Shown here: piece by piece, positions 26,201 through 37,349 of the stretch
Position numbering within the stretch: position 1 is the stretch's first letter
How the letters are laid out: each line of letters begins with the position of its first letter
Assembly (NCBI GenBank): GCA_002269645.1
Contig: NIVC01000977.1
Location: forward strand, 1 to 64,000
DNA: 64,000 bases
Direction: 5' to 3'
Source: Macrostomum lignano
Lineage: Eukaryota
The notes under the pieces: generated by a model
The model's input: only the letters and a program-made list of their open reading frames with translations
What the model was told of the DNA's origin: nothing
The model's database searches: none
Position numbers and translations under genes: made by a program

Positions 26201-26861
26201 GGATATTTAGGAATCTAAATTGGGATATTTGGGAATCCAAATTGGGATATTTGGGAATCCAAATTGGGATATTTGGGAATCCAAATTGGGATATTTGGGA
26301 ATCCAAATTGGGATATTTGGGAATCCAAATTGGGATATTTGGGAATCCAAATTGGGATATTTGGGAATCCAAATTGGGATATTTGGGAATCCAAATTGGG
26401 ATATTTGGGAATCCAAATTGGGATATTTGGGAATCCAAATTGGGATATTTGGGAATCCAAATTGGGATATTTGGGAATCCAAATTGGGATATTTGGGAAT
26501 CCAAATTGGGATATTTGGGAATCCAAATTGGGATATTTGGGAATCCAAATTGGGATATTTGGGAATCAAATTGGGATAATTGGGAATCCAAATGGGGATA
26601 ATGGGAATCCAAATTGGGATCATTAGAAATCGAAATTGGGATGATTGATAATCCATTTTTGAAGACATCTTTAAAATTAATATTTCAATTCAACACTTTA
26701 AGGCCGGCTGCGAGGGAGTCATGACCGACAGGCCCGAACTGCTGCGCCGGTTTATCGACTCAAATCCCGACTGTCTCGACGCTTATCGACGCGCCTGCGA
26801 CTGGGTGCGCGAGGACGACCTGGAGCGGGAGCGACTGGCCGGCCGTGGCAAAATGGATTAG
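23281..26861 (+). CDS. GDPD1: Glycerophosphodiester phosphodiesterase, GDPD1/GDPD3 (GDE4/GDE7 lysophospholipase D) family, 354 aa; exons 23281-23550, 24259-24530, 25782-26145, 26703-26861
   Basis: N-terminal hydrophobic helix; motifs ISHRGG, ENTMEAF, LELDCQITRDGQVVVAHD, NIDIK, VWGN, YVWVLN, GVMTDRP. Splice phases are consistent (1065 nt). GDPD1 versus GDPD3 orthology is not resolvable here. Confidence 0.92.
23585..24010. repeat. Pyrimidine-rich low-complexity repeat (CTCCATCT-type) in GDPD intron 1
   Basis: Almost pure C/T with an ATCT periodicity. Confidence 0.9.
24683..24753 (-). mobile_element. tRNA-derived SINE head or tRNA pseudogene, antisense in GDPD intron 2
   Basis: Minus strand reads CCGTAGCCCAGTGGTCCAGCGCGGCGC...CCAGGCTCGATTCCC: A-box TAGCCCAGTGG and near-consensus B-box GGCTCGATTCC. 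Confidence 0.55.
24990..25762. repeat. 20/24-bp minisatellite CTGCTGAACTCCCT(CCCT)GAGCAC in GDPD intron 2
   Basis: Tandem units ending ~20 bp before the acceptor at 25781. Confidence 0.93.
26205..26630. repeat. 22-bp minisatellite CCAAATTGGGATATTTGGGAAT in GDPD intron 3
   Basis: Near-perfect tandem units. Confidence 0.95.
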
Positions 26862-27029
26862 GAAATCGTATCGAATTTTTTTGGCTCGCGCCTTTCGCTT
26901 ACTATGAGTAGTTGATATTGATTTTTTTCTATTTTCTAGTAGAATAAACAGATAGGCATTATTGATTTTAATTTGACTGGCGTTATATATATATACCAAA
27001 ATATGCTAGGTTTGTTGCATTATTCATCC

Positions 27030-27655
27030 CATCCCATGATGAAATCCCATTCTTATCCCATCCCACACCTGAAATCCCATTCTTATCCCATCCCACACCT
27101 GAAATCCCATTCTTATCCCATCCCACACCTGAAACCCCTTTCTCATCCCATCCCACACCTGAAATCCGATTCTTATCCCATCCCACACATGAAATCCCAT
27201 TCTTATCCCATCCCACACCTGAAATCCCATTCTTATCCCATCCCACACCTGAAATCCCATTCTTATCCCATCCCACACCTGAAACCCCTTTCTCATCCCA
27301 TCCCACACCTGAAATCCGATTCTTATCCCATCCCACACATGAAATCCCATTCTTATCCCATCCCACACCTTAAATCCCATTCTTATCCCATCCCACACCT
27401 GAAATCCCTTTCTCATCCCATCCCACACCTGAAATCCCATTCTTATCCCATCCCACACCTGAAATCCCATTCTTATCCCATCCCACACCTGAAATCCCAT
27501 TCTTATCCCATCCCACACCTGAAATCCCATTCTTATCCCATCCCACACCTGAAATCCCATTCTTATCCCATCCCACACCTGAAATCCCATTCTTATCCCA
27601 TCCCACACCTGAAATCCCATTCTTATCCCATCCCACACCTGAAATCCCATTCTTA
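27030..27655. repeat. 30-bp minisatellite CCCATTCTTATCCCATCCCACACCTGAAAT downstream of GDPD
   Basis: About 21 units. Confidence 0.95.
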
Positions 27656-29840
27656 TTTTCATACGGTAGTTAAAAAACAATATATATAAAATTAATTTCA
27701 GTTTTTTTAGTTCTACTTTCTTAGCATTCAGTTTCCATATTGTTCCACTTTGCATCCTAAAATGGAAAGTTGATAAGTTAGCTGCTGATTTTAATATTTG
27801 CCCCAAAGTTAAGTTACCTCCTATGCCTATTAGTGCCTGTTTGTGTGTTTACTAATAGTAATATTTAACCTATATGCTTATAAAAGCTTAACACAAGATC
27901 AACATTTATATATCTTATCCACAGACTATCGTTAGCAACTGTTCTCCCATTTTTTCTATATTTTTCTCTGATTTTCTAATCATTTATAAATTTGTTATTT
28001 TGTTATGCGATTGCATGCGTTAAATGACTTTTGTGTGCTTTTTGGCTATTTTTTACACTCGTGACTACTTACAATAGTAATGGCTTGTATTAACTACTTA
28101 TTATCACGCTTCATTCTAATAATAGATCTCTACTAGACAACAGGGGTCAAACTCTAACAGTACTTTTATACTTCTATCAGTTTGATTATTTAGTAAGATT
28201 TAGTAATATAATAATGAAATTGATACTTAAGCATATATACTTTAATTATTTTGTTATAATTTTTGCTCCATTTTTTATCGTTGCCGCATCAAATTCGTTG
28301 AGCAGCCAGCAGCCGATCCGCTAGTCACCTACGTTTCGTTTTGACTTCGTTTTTCAACTAGATAGTTTTAATTTTTTCAACAGTACGTTAGTAATACTCA
28401 TAGTAGTGTACGATCGAAAAAGTATTTGACCTAATTAATAATCTATATCAATTATTTAGCTTTTTTCAAATTTTCCTACAATGCAACATAACTCAGTCAG
28501 GCCGGGCCGTGTGATTTTGTGTCTAGCAAAAGTACATTACAGACAGTACAGTTGAACTTTGCTGGAGACCAAGATTAATTGTTTATAATTTTGTATGCTT
28601 CTAACGAATCTTATCCTTACTATCCCTTCAGATACAATTCAATAGGATATGAAATTTTAATGTCTGATTAACGTAGGTTACGTTTTTATTGCGCCTTTCT
28701 TTTTTCTGGAGCTAAAAACTGCTTAAAAGTGTATTTACTCGTATAATTGCGTTCAGAGTTCGTTGATTTTTTGTATCGGAGAATTTTCTGTTTAGCTTTG
28801 ATGTTGGTTTGGATTGATTTGTTTTGTTACTTGCTTGCTTGCTTGTTAGCATGCGCTGAGACAAATATGAAGCTTATCAGCCATTTCACTTTTCACTCAC
28901 CGCTTGCCGAATTAAAATAAATGATTAAATATCATTTGAGAAAAATTGTATCTGTTTTCTCTTCCTTTGCGACAGTTCGTTACATCGATGCATACTTTTT
29001 TCTTGTGTTTTTTATTTTTGAAGGTATCTACTTTTGGACAATGAAAAATGCGTGCAATAATGCACTGCTTGGCCTGCATGGGAAACCTGCATGTACTTAG
29101 GGCTTCTTCGTAAACGAGTAAACTTAGATTCAAAGCATGATTAATGTATAGAAGAAAAGAGCATTGGTGTCATCAGATATATAATTGATTACCGAACTTT
29201 TTGTTCTCAATTACTGTTATGTTTTCAATACATGTGCATGTAACTGCATTTTACATGCCCCCTGAACCTATATGATGCCTATATATACGAACTTCGGGTT
29301 AGTTTTTATACTCTTACTAATAAGAAAAATTAAACTAAATCAAAAGTATTATCACAAATCGTAATCGTAAACTAAGCGTAATAATTCCGATACCCGATCA
29401 TATTTTTTTGCCGCGGGTACCAAGTGGAGTGGAATTGAAGCTAACATTTATTTTCGACATCGAGACGTCTAAATTTAATAGTTATCAGATTAAGAGCTCG
29501 TTAAATCATAAACAACGGAGTTAAAACAACGTTGACCTCATTGACCTATCTGAACAAACGAAAGAATCACAAAGATGACAATAGTTAAAATCCATAATAT
29601 TCAGCTAAATATTTCTTGCTTAAATAAGTGCTGTCTATGAGGTTTGGCAAACCTTTTTGTTTTACCTATCGATGCTGAAGGTCCAATCAGAGATTGACAT
29701 ATCGTTGTAAAATTTAAAACGTCACTGTGTTGACGACAATTTCGCAAGACAATTTTTTTCTATTATCGTGGCTAGCGAAGTTTTTGTATTTTCCTTAATA
29801 CTAGCACTTTCTTGGAAGATTCTGAAAGCTAATAGAAATA

Positions 29841-32800
29841 ATGATGTATAAAATTAGTATCCCTTTTCTATGTCTGTTGTTTGGCTTTGCTTTTGGATCT
29901 GATGTGTTAGTGTTTACGGATGCAAATTTTGATACAAATATCAAGCAACATGACGTTATTCTTGTGGAATTTTATGCTCCATGGTAAAGTTTTGGCGTCT
30001 TTTTTATTTTTTTGTGAAATTAAGTAAAATAACCTTTGTAGCTTAAATACTTCCAGGCCATTTTTTTTCTTAAAATGTTGCTTGCTTTGGTACATCTAGA
30101 GATTATGCTATTTATTGTCTCAGTACTGTTCTTTTATATCAGGAGCCTTTAAAAAGCAAGCTAAGTAGGAAAACCGTTTATAGATATAGATAATTTTAAA
30201 AGATCTTAAAATATATTTGAAATTCACATGACTATGTTTTCTACTTGTGAAATACTATGAAAGACAAAATAATATTGTATAATAAAAATCTCTTTTATGT
30301 CAGCAATAAATGGCAAGGAAAATGTAGACTATTTGTTTTTTTTATTTTAAAATTGTCAATAGTATATTCATCTTTTTACTGAAATAGTTATTATATATAC
30401 ATTATATATATATGCATATATATCTACAAGTATAGTGCTTTTACTAATATTTTAATGTTCCATTACACAAAAAGCAACAGTGTAACTTCCATAATTCGTT
30501 TTTAAGTAAAAAAGTGAATAAAGTTAATGCAAATTTTATTTTTTAGTATTCTTAAACTATGTAAATTTTCTTTTAATCTAAATGGACATTGCAAAAAAAG
30601 AGAGGCAAGTTTCTTAAAAAATTAATATATCAAGTTTAAATCGATAAGTTTTTTTAAACAAAAGAATTATTTTTAAATTAAGTAACTCTTATTTTGCTGA
30701 AGTTTTAATTTATACTTTACAGAGGACCATCTCATCAATAGAAAATGAACCAATTCAGTAACATTTATAAATTAATGAGATAAATTCACCCTTTTCCTTA
30801 GGTGCGGCCATTGCCAACGCCTGGCACCAGAATATGAGGCCGCAGCCACCAGGCTCAAGGATGTCCCGGTGCCGCTGGCCAAAGTGGACTGCACAGCTGA
30901 GACAACGTCTGCGGCCGATTCGGCGTGAGCGGCTATCCAACGTTGAAGATATTCAAGGGTGGCGAGTTCAGCGCGGACTATCAGGTTGGTAGCGCTTGGG
31001 GATCAGCAATTCTCCATGTTCTCAATTTGTGCTGACAGCTAAAACCCCACGCAACTGACGATACTTTTGAAGATAATTAGAGCATGATAATTAGAGCATC
31101 ATTAGAGAGCCAACTTAGACACGACCTTGAGGGGGGAGGCGATTTAGGCTCGACCTTGAGGGAGTCGCGATTTAGACGACTTGAGGTGGGCGGGGGCGAT
31201 TTAGACACGACCTTGAGGTGATGGGGAAGTTTAGACACGACCTTGAGGTGATGGGGAAGTTTAGACACGACCTTGAGGTGATGGGGGAATTTAGACACGA
31301 CCTTGAGATGGTGGGGGAATTTAGACACGACCTTGAGGTGATGGGGAAGTTTAGACACGACCTTGAGGTGATGGGGAAGTTTAGACACGACCTTGAGGTG
31401 ATGGGGGAATTTAGACACGACCTTGAGGTGATGGGGAAGTTTAGACACGACCTTGAGGTGATGGGGAAGTTTAGACACGACCTTGAGGTGATGGGGGAAT
31501 TTAGACACGACCTTGAGATGGTGGGGGAATTTAGACACGACCTTGAGGTGATGGGGAAGTTTAGACACGACCTTGAGGTGATGGGGGAATTTAGACACGA
31601 CCTTGAGGTGGTGGGGGAATTTAGACACGACCTTGAGGTGGTGGGGGAATTTAGACACGACCTTGAGGTGATGGGGAAGTTTAGACACGACCTTGAGGTG
31701 GTGGGGGAATTTAGACACGACCTTGAGATGGTGGGGGAATTTAGACACGACCTTGAGGTGGTGGGGGAATTTAGACACGACCTTGAGGTGATGGGGAAGT
31801 TTAGACACGACCTTGAGGTGATGGGGAAGTTTAGACACGACCTTGAGGTGATGGGGAAGTTTAGACACGACCTTGAGGTGGTGGGGGAATTTAGACACGA
31901 CCTTGAGATGGTGGGGGAATTTAGACACGACCTTGAGGTGGTGGGGGAATTTAGACACGACCTTGAGGTGATGGGGAAGTTTAGACACGACCTTGAGGTG
32001 GTGGGGGAATTTAGACACGACCTTGAGATGGCGGAAGCAATTTAAACACGACCTTGAGGTGGCGGGAGCAATTTAGACACGGCCTTGGGGTGGTGGGGAA
32101 TTTAGACACGACCTTGAGGTGGTGGGGGAATTTAGACACGACCTTGAGGTGGTGGGGGAATTTAGACACGACCTTGAGATGGCGGAAGCAATTTAAACAC
32201 GACCTTGAGGTGGCGGGGGCAATTTAGACACGACCTTGACGGGAGGGGCGAGTTAGACACGACCTTGAGGGATGACAGGCGCAATTTATACACAACTTAG
32301 AGACGATTAGTTACAATTAAAACCATATTAGGCAGTTTAAACCATATTCTTAGTCTCGTATTATGGTAATATTTAATTATTTCATTTTTTGTCTCCAGGG
32401 TCCCCGCGACACCGACGGCATAGTCAAGTACATGAAGACCAAGGCTGGCCCGAGCTCCCGCCTACTAGCCGAGGACGCCGATTTCAATCGTCTTCTAGAC
32501 GGCGTTGAACCGTTCATTGCCGGCTTTTTTACGGACGAATCGTCCCAGGCCTATCGAGTGTTTAAAAAGGTAATTTTTAGCTAACAGTATAGTAAAACTC
32601 TAGAGTAAACGGCAGGAGTAAATCTAAATCTGCTTCTATTTTAAAAAGCCTCGTCACCTAATTATTCTTAAAAGTAAACGGCACGAGTAACTATAGCTGT
32701 GCCTCTGGTGCAAAATAGCTCATCATCTAACTAGCTTTGTTAAATTGCTAATCGCTAGGCTGCCGACTCGCTAAACGAAGACTTCAGCTTTGCGCACAGC

Positions 32801-35051
32801 CTGTCTGCTGAGTTGAACTCTCGCCACGGCTTCGAAGCCGACAGCATCGCCGTTGTCCGGCCGCGCAAGCTGCGCAGCAAATTCGAGCCGGACACCGAAG
32901 CCTACGCTGGCTCCATGGACGCCGAGACGCTTAAGCAGTGGATTGGAGCTAACGTGTGAGCTGAATGGGCTGGCGTCCATGTTTTCCGTCTGGATTTGCT
33001 CTTCGATAACTTATTAATCCGCTATAACTAATCTCTAAATATTTCGGAATATTGGCACTAAAATCCGCCCCGTAATTTGTTACAAATCCGCCCCCAATTT
33101 TGCTGAAAATCCGCCCCCCCCCAATTAAGAAAAAATCCGTCTTGAATTACTCAAAATCCGCTCCAGTTTATTGCAAATCCGCCCCCAATTATTATATATC
33201 CGCCTCAATTTGTTAAAAATCCGCCCCTAACTCTGCCGTCACTCCGCCCCCCCCCAAATCATCAGCTTCGGCCTGGCCGGGCAGCGCACGGCGTCGAACA
33301 GCAAGCACTTCAATGTTGGCGGCCTCCCCCTGGTGACCGCCTATTACTCGGTGGACCATCAGCGCAACGCCAAGGGCACCAATTATTGGCGTAATCGCCT
33401 GATGAAGATTGCTAAAAAGCACGCAGTCTCCGGCTTGAGATTCTGCATCGCCAACGCCGAATCGATGCGGCAGGAGCTGGCCGAATTCGGCGTCCAGACC
33501 CCCGACGAGCAGAAAGTGCTGGTGACGATTAGGGACACCAAGGGGCGCAAGTTTGTTATGGCCGAGGAGTTCAGGTAATGACCTCTGATCCGCTTCCGTT
33601 AGGCTTGGATGAGTCATGTCTGCACTTCTCATGCTTTGTTGCCAGCCTCCCAGATCCTCAGTTGCTGGGCCAGCCTCCCAGATCCTCAGTTTCTGGGCCA
33701 GCCTCCCAGATCCTCAGTCTTTGGGCCAGCCTCCCAGATCCTCAGTCTTTGGGCCAGCCCTCCAGATCCTCAGTTGCTGGGCCAGCCTCCCAGATCCTCA
33801 GTCTTTGGGCCAGCCTCCCAGATCCTCAGTTGCTGGGCCAGCCTCCCAGATCCTCAGTTGCTGGGCCAGCCTCCCAGATCCTCAGTTGCTGGGCCAGCCT
33901 CCCAGATCCTCAGTCTTTGGGCCAGCCTCCCAGATCCTCAGTCTTTGGGCCAGCCCTCCAGATCCTCAGTTGCTGGGCCAGCCTCCCAGATCCTCAGTCT
34001 TTGGGCCAGCCTCCCAGATCCTCAGTCTTTGGGCCAGCCTCCCAGATCCTCAGTCTTTGGGCCAGCCTCCCAGATCCTCAGTTGCTGGGCCAGCCTCTCA
34101 GATCCTCAGTCTTTGGGCCAGCCTCCCAGATCCTCAGCTGCTGGCCAGCTTCCCAGATCCTCAGTTGCTGAGCCAGCCTCCCAGATCCTCAGTTGCTGGG
34201 CCAGCCTCTCAGATCCTCAGTCTTTGGGCCAGCCTCCCAGATCCTCAGTTGCTGGGCCAGTCTCTCAGATCCTCAGTCTTTGGGCCAGCCTCCCAGATCC
34301 TCAGCTGCTGGCCAGCTTCCCAGATCCTCGGTTGCTGAGCCAGCCTCCCAGATCCTCAGTTGCTGGGCCAGCCTCCCAGATCCTCAGTTGCTGGGCCAGC
34401 CTCCCAGATCCTCAGCTGCTGGGCCACCGCCAGCCTCCCAGATCCTCAGCTGCTGGGCCACCGCCAGCCTCCCGTATCCTTCGATCTGAGCTTTCCATCT
34501 TGGCCCTATGATTCCTATAAACTGTCTGCCAAGCTGAAAATCCCCACTACCCTCCCCCCCCCAGCATGGAGACATTCGACTCGTTCTTGCACGACTTCCT
34601 GGCGGACCGGCTCACGCCCTACCTGAAGTCGGAGCCGGTGCCAGAGTCCCAGCCCGACCCCGTCAAGGTGGTGGTGGCCAACAACTTCGACTCGCTGGTC
34701 AACGACCCCGCCAAGGACGTCCTGATCGAATTCTACGCCCCCTGGTGCGGCCACTGCAAGAGTTTGGCGCCGAAATATGAGGAGCTGGCCCAGAAACTGG
34801 CCAAGGAGTCTGGAATCGTCATCGCCAAGATGGACGCCACCGCCAACGATGTGCCGCAGCCCTACTCAGTGCGCGGCTTCCCAACGATCTACTTTGCACC
34901 TCGCAACGACAAGGCCAATCCCAGAGCCTACGAGGGCGGCCGGGAGGTCAAAGATTTCATTAACTACCTGGCTAGGGAGGCTACTGATGAGTTGGATGAA
35001 TTCGACAGGTCCGGCAATCCGAAGAAGTCTCCTGGCAAGCAGGAGCTGTAG
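29841..35051 (+). CDS. PDIA3: Protein disulfide-isomerase A3 (ERp57/ERp60), ~496 aa once a 1-nt frameshift is corrected; exons 29841-29983, 30802-30984, 32399-32569, 32759-32955, 33266-33574, 34565-35051
   Basis: Signal peptide [19 protein letters not shown]; two thioredoxin sites [10 protein letters not shown]; b/b' domains (KGTNYWRNR); YLKSEPVP linker; C-terminal KQEL. Exon 2 is one base short near 30903-30906. Confidence 0.9.
31110..32270. repeat. 30-bp minisatellite TTAGACACGACCTTGAGGTGATGGGGAAGT in PDIA3 intron 2
   Basis: Homogeneous core with degenerate edges. Variant GAGATG at 31305, 31515, 31725 and 31905. Confidence 0.96.
33060..33255. repeat. Degenerate AAATCCGCCCC repeat in PDIA3 intron 4
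   Basis: About 7 imperfect copies. Confidence 0.7.
33640..34470. repeat. 28-bp minisatellite GGGCCAGCCTCCCAGATCCTCAGT(TGCT/CTTT) in PDIA3 intron 5
   Basis: About 29 tandem units. Confidence 0.95.
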
Positions 35052-35115
35052 GTTGGTTGCTCTGCTGCTATGACGCTGAGATGAAGCTTTATGCCGATTA
35101 GAGTCCCCGAATGAG

Positions 35116-35765
35116 GGAATCCCCCAAATAGGGTAGCTGGGAATCCCCAAATAGGGAAGCTGGGAATCCCCAAATAGGGAAGCTGGGAATCCCCAAATAG
35201 GGTAGCTGGGAATCCCCAAATAGGGAAGCTGGGAATCCCCAAATAGGGAAGCTGGGAATCCCCAAATAGGGAAGCTGGGAATCCCCAAATAGGGTAGCTG
35301 GGAATCCCCAAATAGGGAAGCTGGGAATCCCCAAATAGGGAAGCTGGAAATCCCCCTATAGAAAAGCTGGAAATCCCCCGATAGGGAAGCTGGGAATCCC
35401 CAAATAGGGAAGCTGGGAATCCCCAAATAGGGTAGCTGGGAATCCCCAAATAGGGAAGCTGGGAATCCCCAAATAGAGAAACAGGGAATCCCCCCATAGG
35501 GAAGCTGGGAATCCATAAATAGGGAAACTGGGAATCCCCAAATAGAGAAGCAGGGAATCCCCCAATAGGGAAGCTGGGAATCCCCAAATAGGGAAGCTGG
35601 AAATCCCAAATAGGGTAGCTGGGAATCCCCAAATAGGGAAGCTGGGAATCCCCAAATAGGGAAGCTGGGAATCCCCAAATAGAGAAGCAGGGAATCCCCC
35701 AATAGGGAAGCTGGGAATCCATAAATAGGGAAACTGGGAATCCCCCGGTAGAGAAGCAGGGAATC
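35116..35765. repeat. 23-bp hairpin-containing minisatellite CTGGGAATCCCCAAATAGGGAAG immediately 3' of PDIA3
   Basis: About 28 units; each contains TCCC-caaata-GGGA. Confidence 0.95.
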
Positions 35766-36338
35766 GCTAGTCCTATAAGTGTGTTTTTCTCTTTCAAATT
35801 TTTTTAAATTCTTTCCAAAAAAGCTAAATTTTGTTTCAATTTGAGATACTCAAAGAAAGATTAATTCCTTCTATACAGCTGTTGTGTGTTTTTCATCTGT
35901 CTCTGCATATTCCAAATCAAAAGATCAAATCTGTCACAATTATAATCTAGTCACTGAGCAAAATTGAAACAGTTCTATCGCGCTAGAAAATATTCAAATC
36001 ATTCGATTTTTACAATGCTTTTTAATTTTCGCTATTCATCAAATCTTCTTATTCGATGTGAAACACTGTGCCATTCTACAAAAACCCTGTCGCTACTACC
36101 GATCCTATGGCCGTCTTGTCAGTAGTATAATCCACTTGTTTTTACATTTTTAAAGTCAACTTTACTTACTCGCGAAACTACATTCGAAACTATGCAAACG
36201 GTTGTTTTCTTGAGAATTAATAAATTTGAGCTGTCAATTGAATAATTACCTCTAATTATAATGCAGCTGCGTTGATTGATTGACATCTTTATTTAGCCCG
36301 TGTTGCTTTGTAATAAGCACTAACTTTTATTTGTACTT

Positions 36339-36596
36339 TGTGGCGGCCCAATCAGCGCGCAGCCAGCGATTGCGAGTACATCTGCACTGAAACCCCCTGC
36401 CCGCCAGGCTGGGGGTGGGTGTACTCGGACAGACAGTCAGTATGCTAAGTCGGGGGGGTTGGCCTTCAATCGTGCCACCTTTTTGGCGCACCTCCCCATG
36501 TGATCGCGTGCTTAATTTATTTATACTTAACGCATAAAGCAAATAAACTTTCACTTTTCTCGCTTGCAACTTACTTCGTTTTCGCAAGCCGCTAAA
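36339..36596 (+). repeat. 5' LTR (258 bp)
   Basis: TGTGGCGG...CCGCTAAA; contains AATAAA at 36542-36547. Confidence 0.95.
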
Positions 36597-36597
36597 T

Positions 36598-36610
36598 TGG
36601 TGAGCCCGAC
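36598..36610 (+). promoter_or_regulatory. Primer-binding site, tRNA-Trp-like
   Basis: TGGTGAGCCCGAC lies 1 nt after the LTR; one mismatch to TGGTGACCCCGAC, the complement of a typical eukaryotic tRNA-Trp 3' end. Confidence 0.7.
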
Positions 36611-36626
36611 ATAGCTATTTCGTGCA

Positions 36627-37349
36627 ATGGCTTCCAACACAGAGGCAGCTGTCTCTCTCAAACTGCCCACGTTTTGGGCAGCTCAACCCCGCGCATGGTT
36701 CATTCAAGCCGAAGCCCAGTTTTCTCTGCGCGGAATCACGCAAGATGCCACCAAGTACAACTACTTGGTGGCAGCGCTCGACCAGCAAACGGCTGAACGC
36801 CTCCTCGACATTTTAGAGGCTCCCCCAGCAGAGGGCAAGTACGAGACGCTGAAGCAACGTCTCAAAGGCACCTTCGACTTGACGAGGCAGCAGAGGGCCA
36901 GTCGCCTGCTCAACATGACCAGCCTCGGTGATCGGCAGCCCTCAGAACTCATGGATGAGATGCTCGCCCTGCTGGGAGACCACCCACCGTGCCTGCTCTT
37001 CGAAGAGCTGTTCCGCCAGCAGCTGCCGCCGGACGTGCGCATGGCCATGGCAACCGCCGACTTCGCGGAGCCTCGGCAAGCAGCGCAGCTCGCCGACAGG
37101 CTGTGGGCCAGCAGGCCGCAGCTCACCGCTGCCTCCGTCCAGCAGCCAGCGGTGGCGACCTCCCCACCGCCTGACCAGCCGGCGGTGGCTTCAGCCAGCA
37201 GGTGCGGCCACCCGGCCCGGCAACATCGGCCCCCACAGCGCGGTCAGGACAGCTGGCTGTGCTTTTATCATCGCCGGTTCGGCGCGAAGGCCCATCGCTG
37301 CGAGGCACCCTGCAGCTTCCAGGGAAACGGGCAGGCCGGCCGTCAGTGA
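36627..37349 (+). CDS. gag: Retrotransposon Gag (240 aa)
   Basis: [16 protein letters not shown]-terminal motif and a [18 protein letters not shown] (Cx2Hx9Cx3C) knuckle typical of CsRn1-like elements. Confidence 0.93.
   Translation: MASNTEAAVSLKLPTFWAAQPRAWFIQAEAQFSLRGITQDATKYNYLVAALDQQTAERLLDILEAPPAEGKYETLKQRLKGTFDLTRQQRASRLLNMTSLGDRQPSELMDEMLALLGDHPPCLLFEELFRQQLPPDVRMAMATADFAEPRQAAQLADRLWASRPQLTAASVQQPAVATSPPPDQPAVASASRCGHPARQHRPPQRGQDSWLCFYHRRFGAKAHRCEAPCSFQGNGQAGRQ

Noticed and set aside
31077-32045. 313-aa and 275-aa ORFs on opposite strands
   Set aside because: Translations of the 30-bp intronic repeat of PDIA3.
1-35765. CRISPR-like appearance of the 22-32 bp repeats
   Set aside because: Units abut directly with no unique spacers, there are no cas genes, and the context is eukaryotic.
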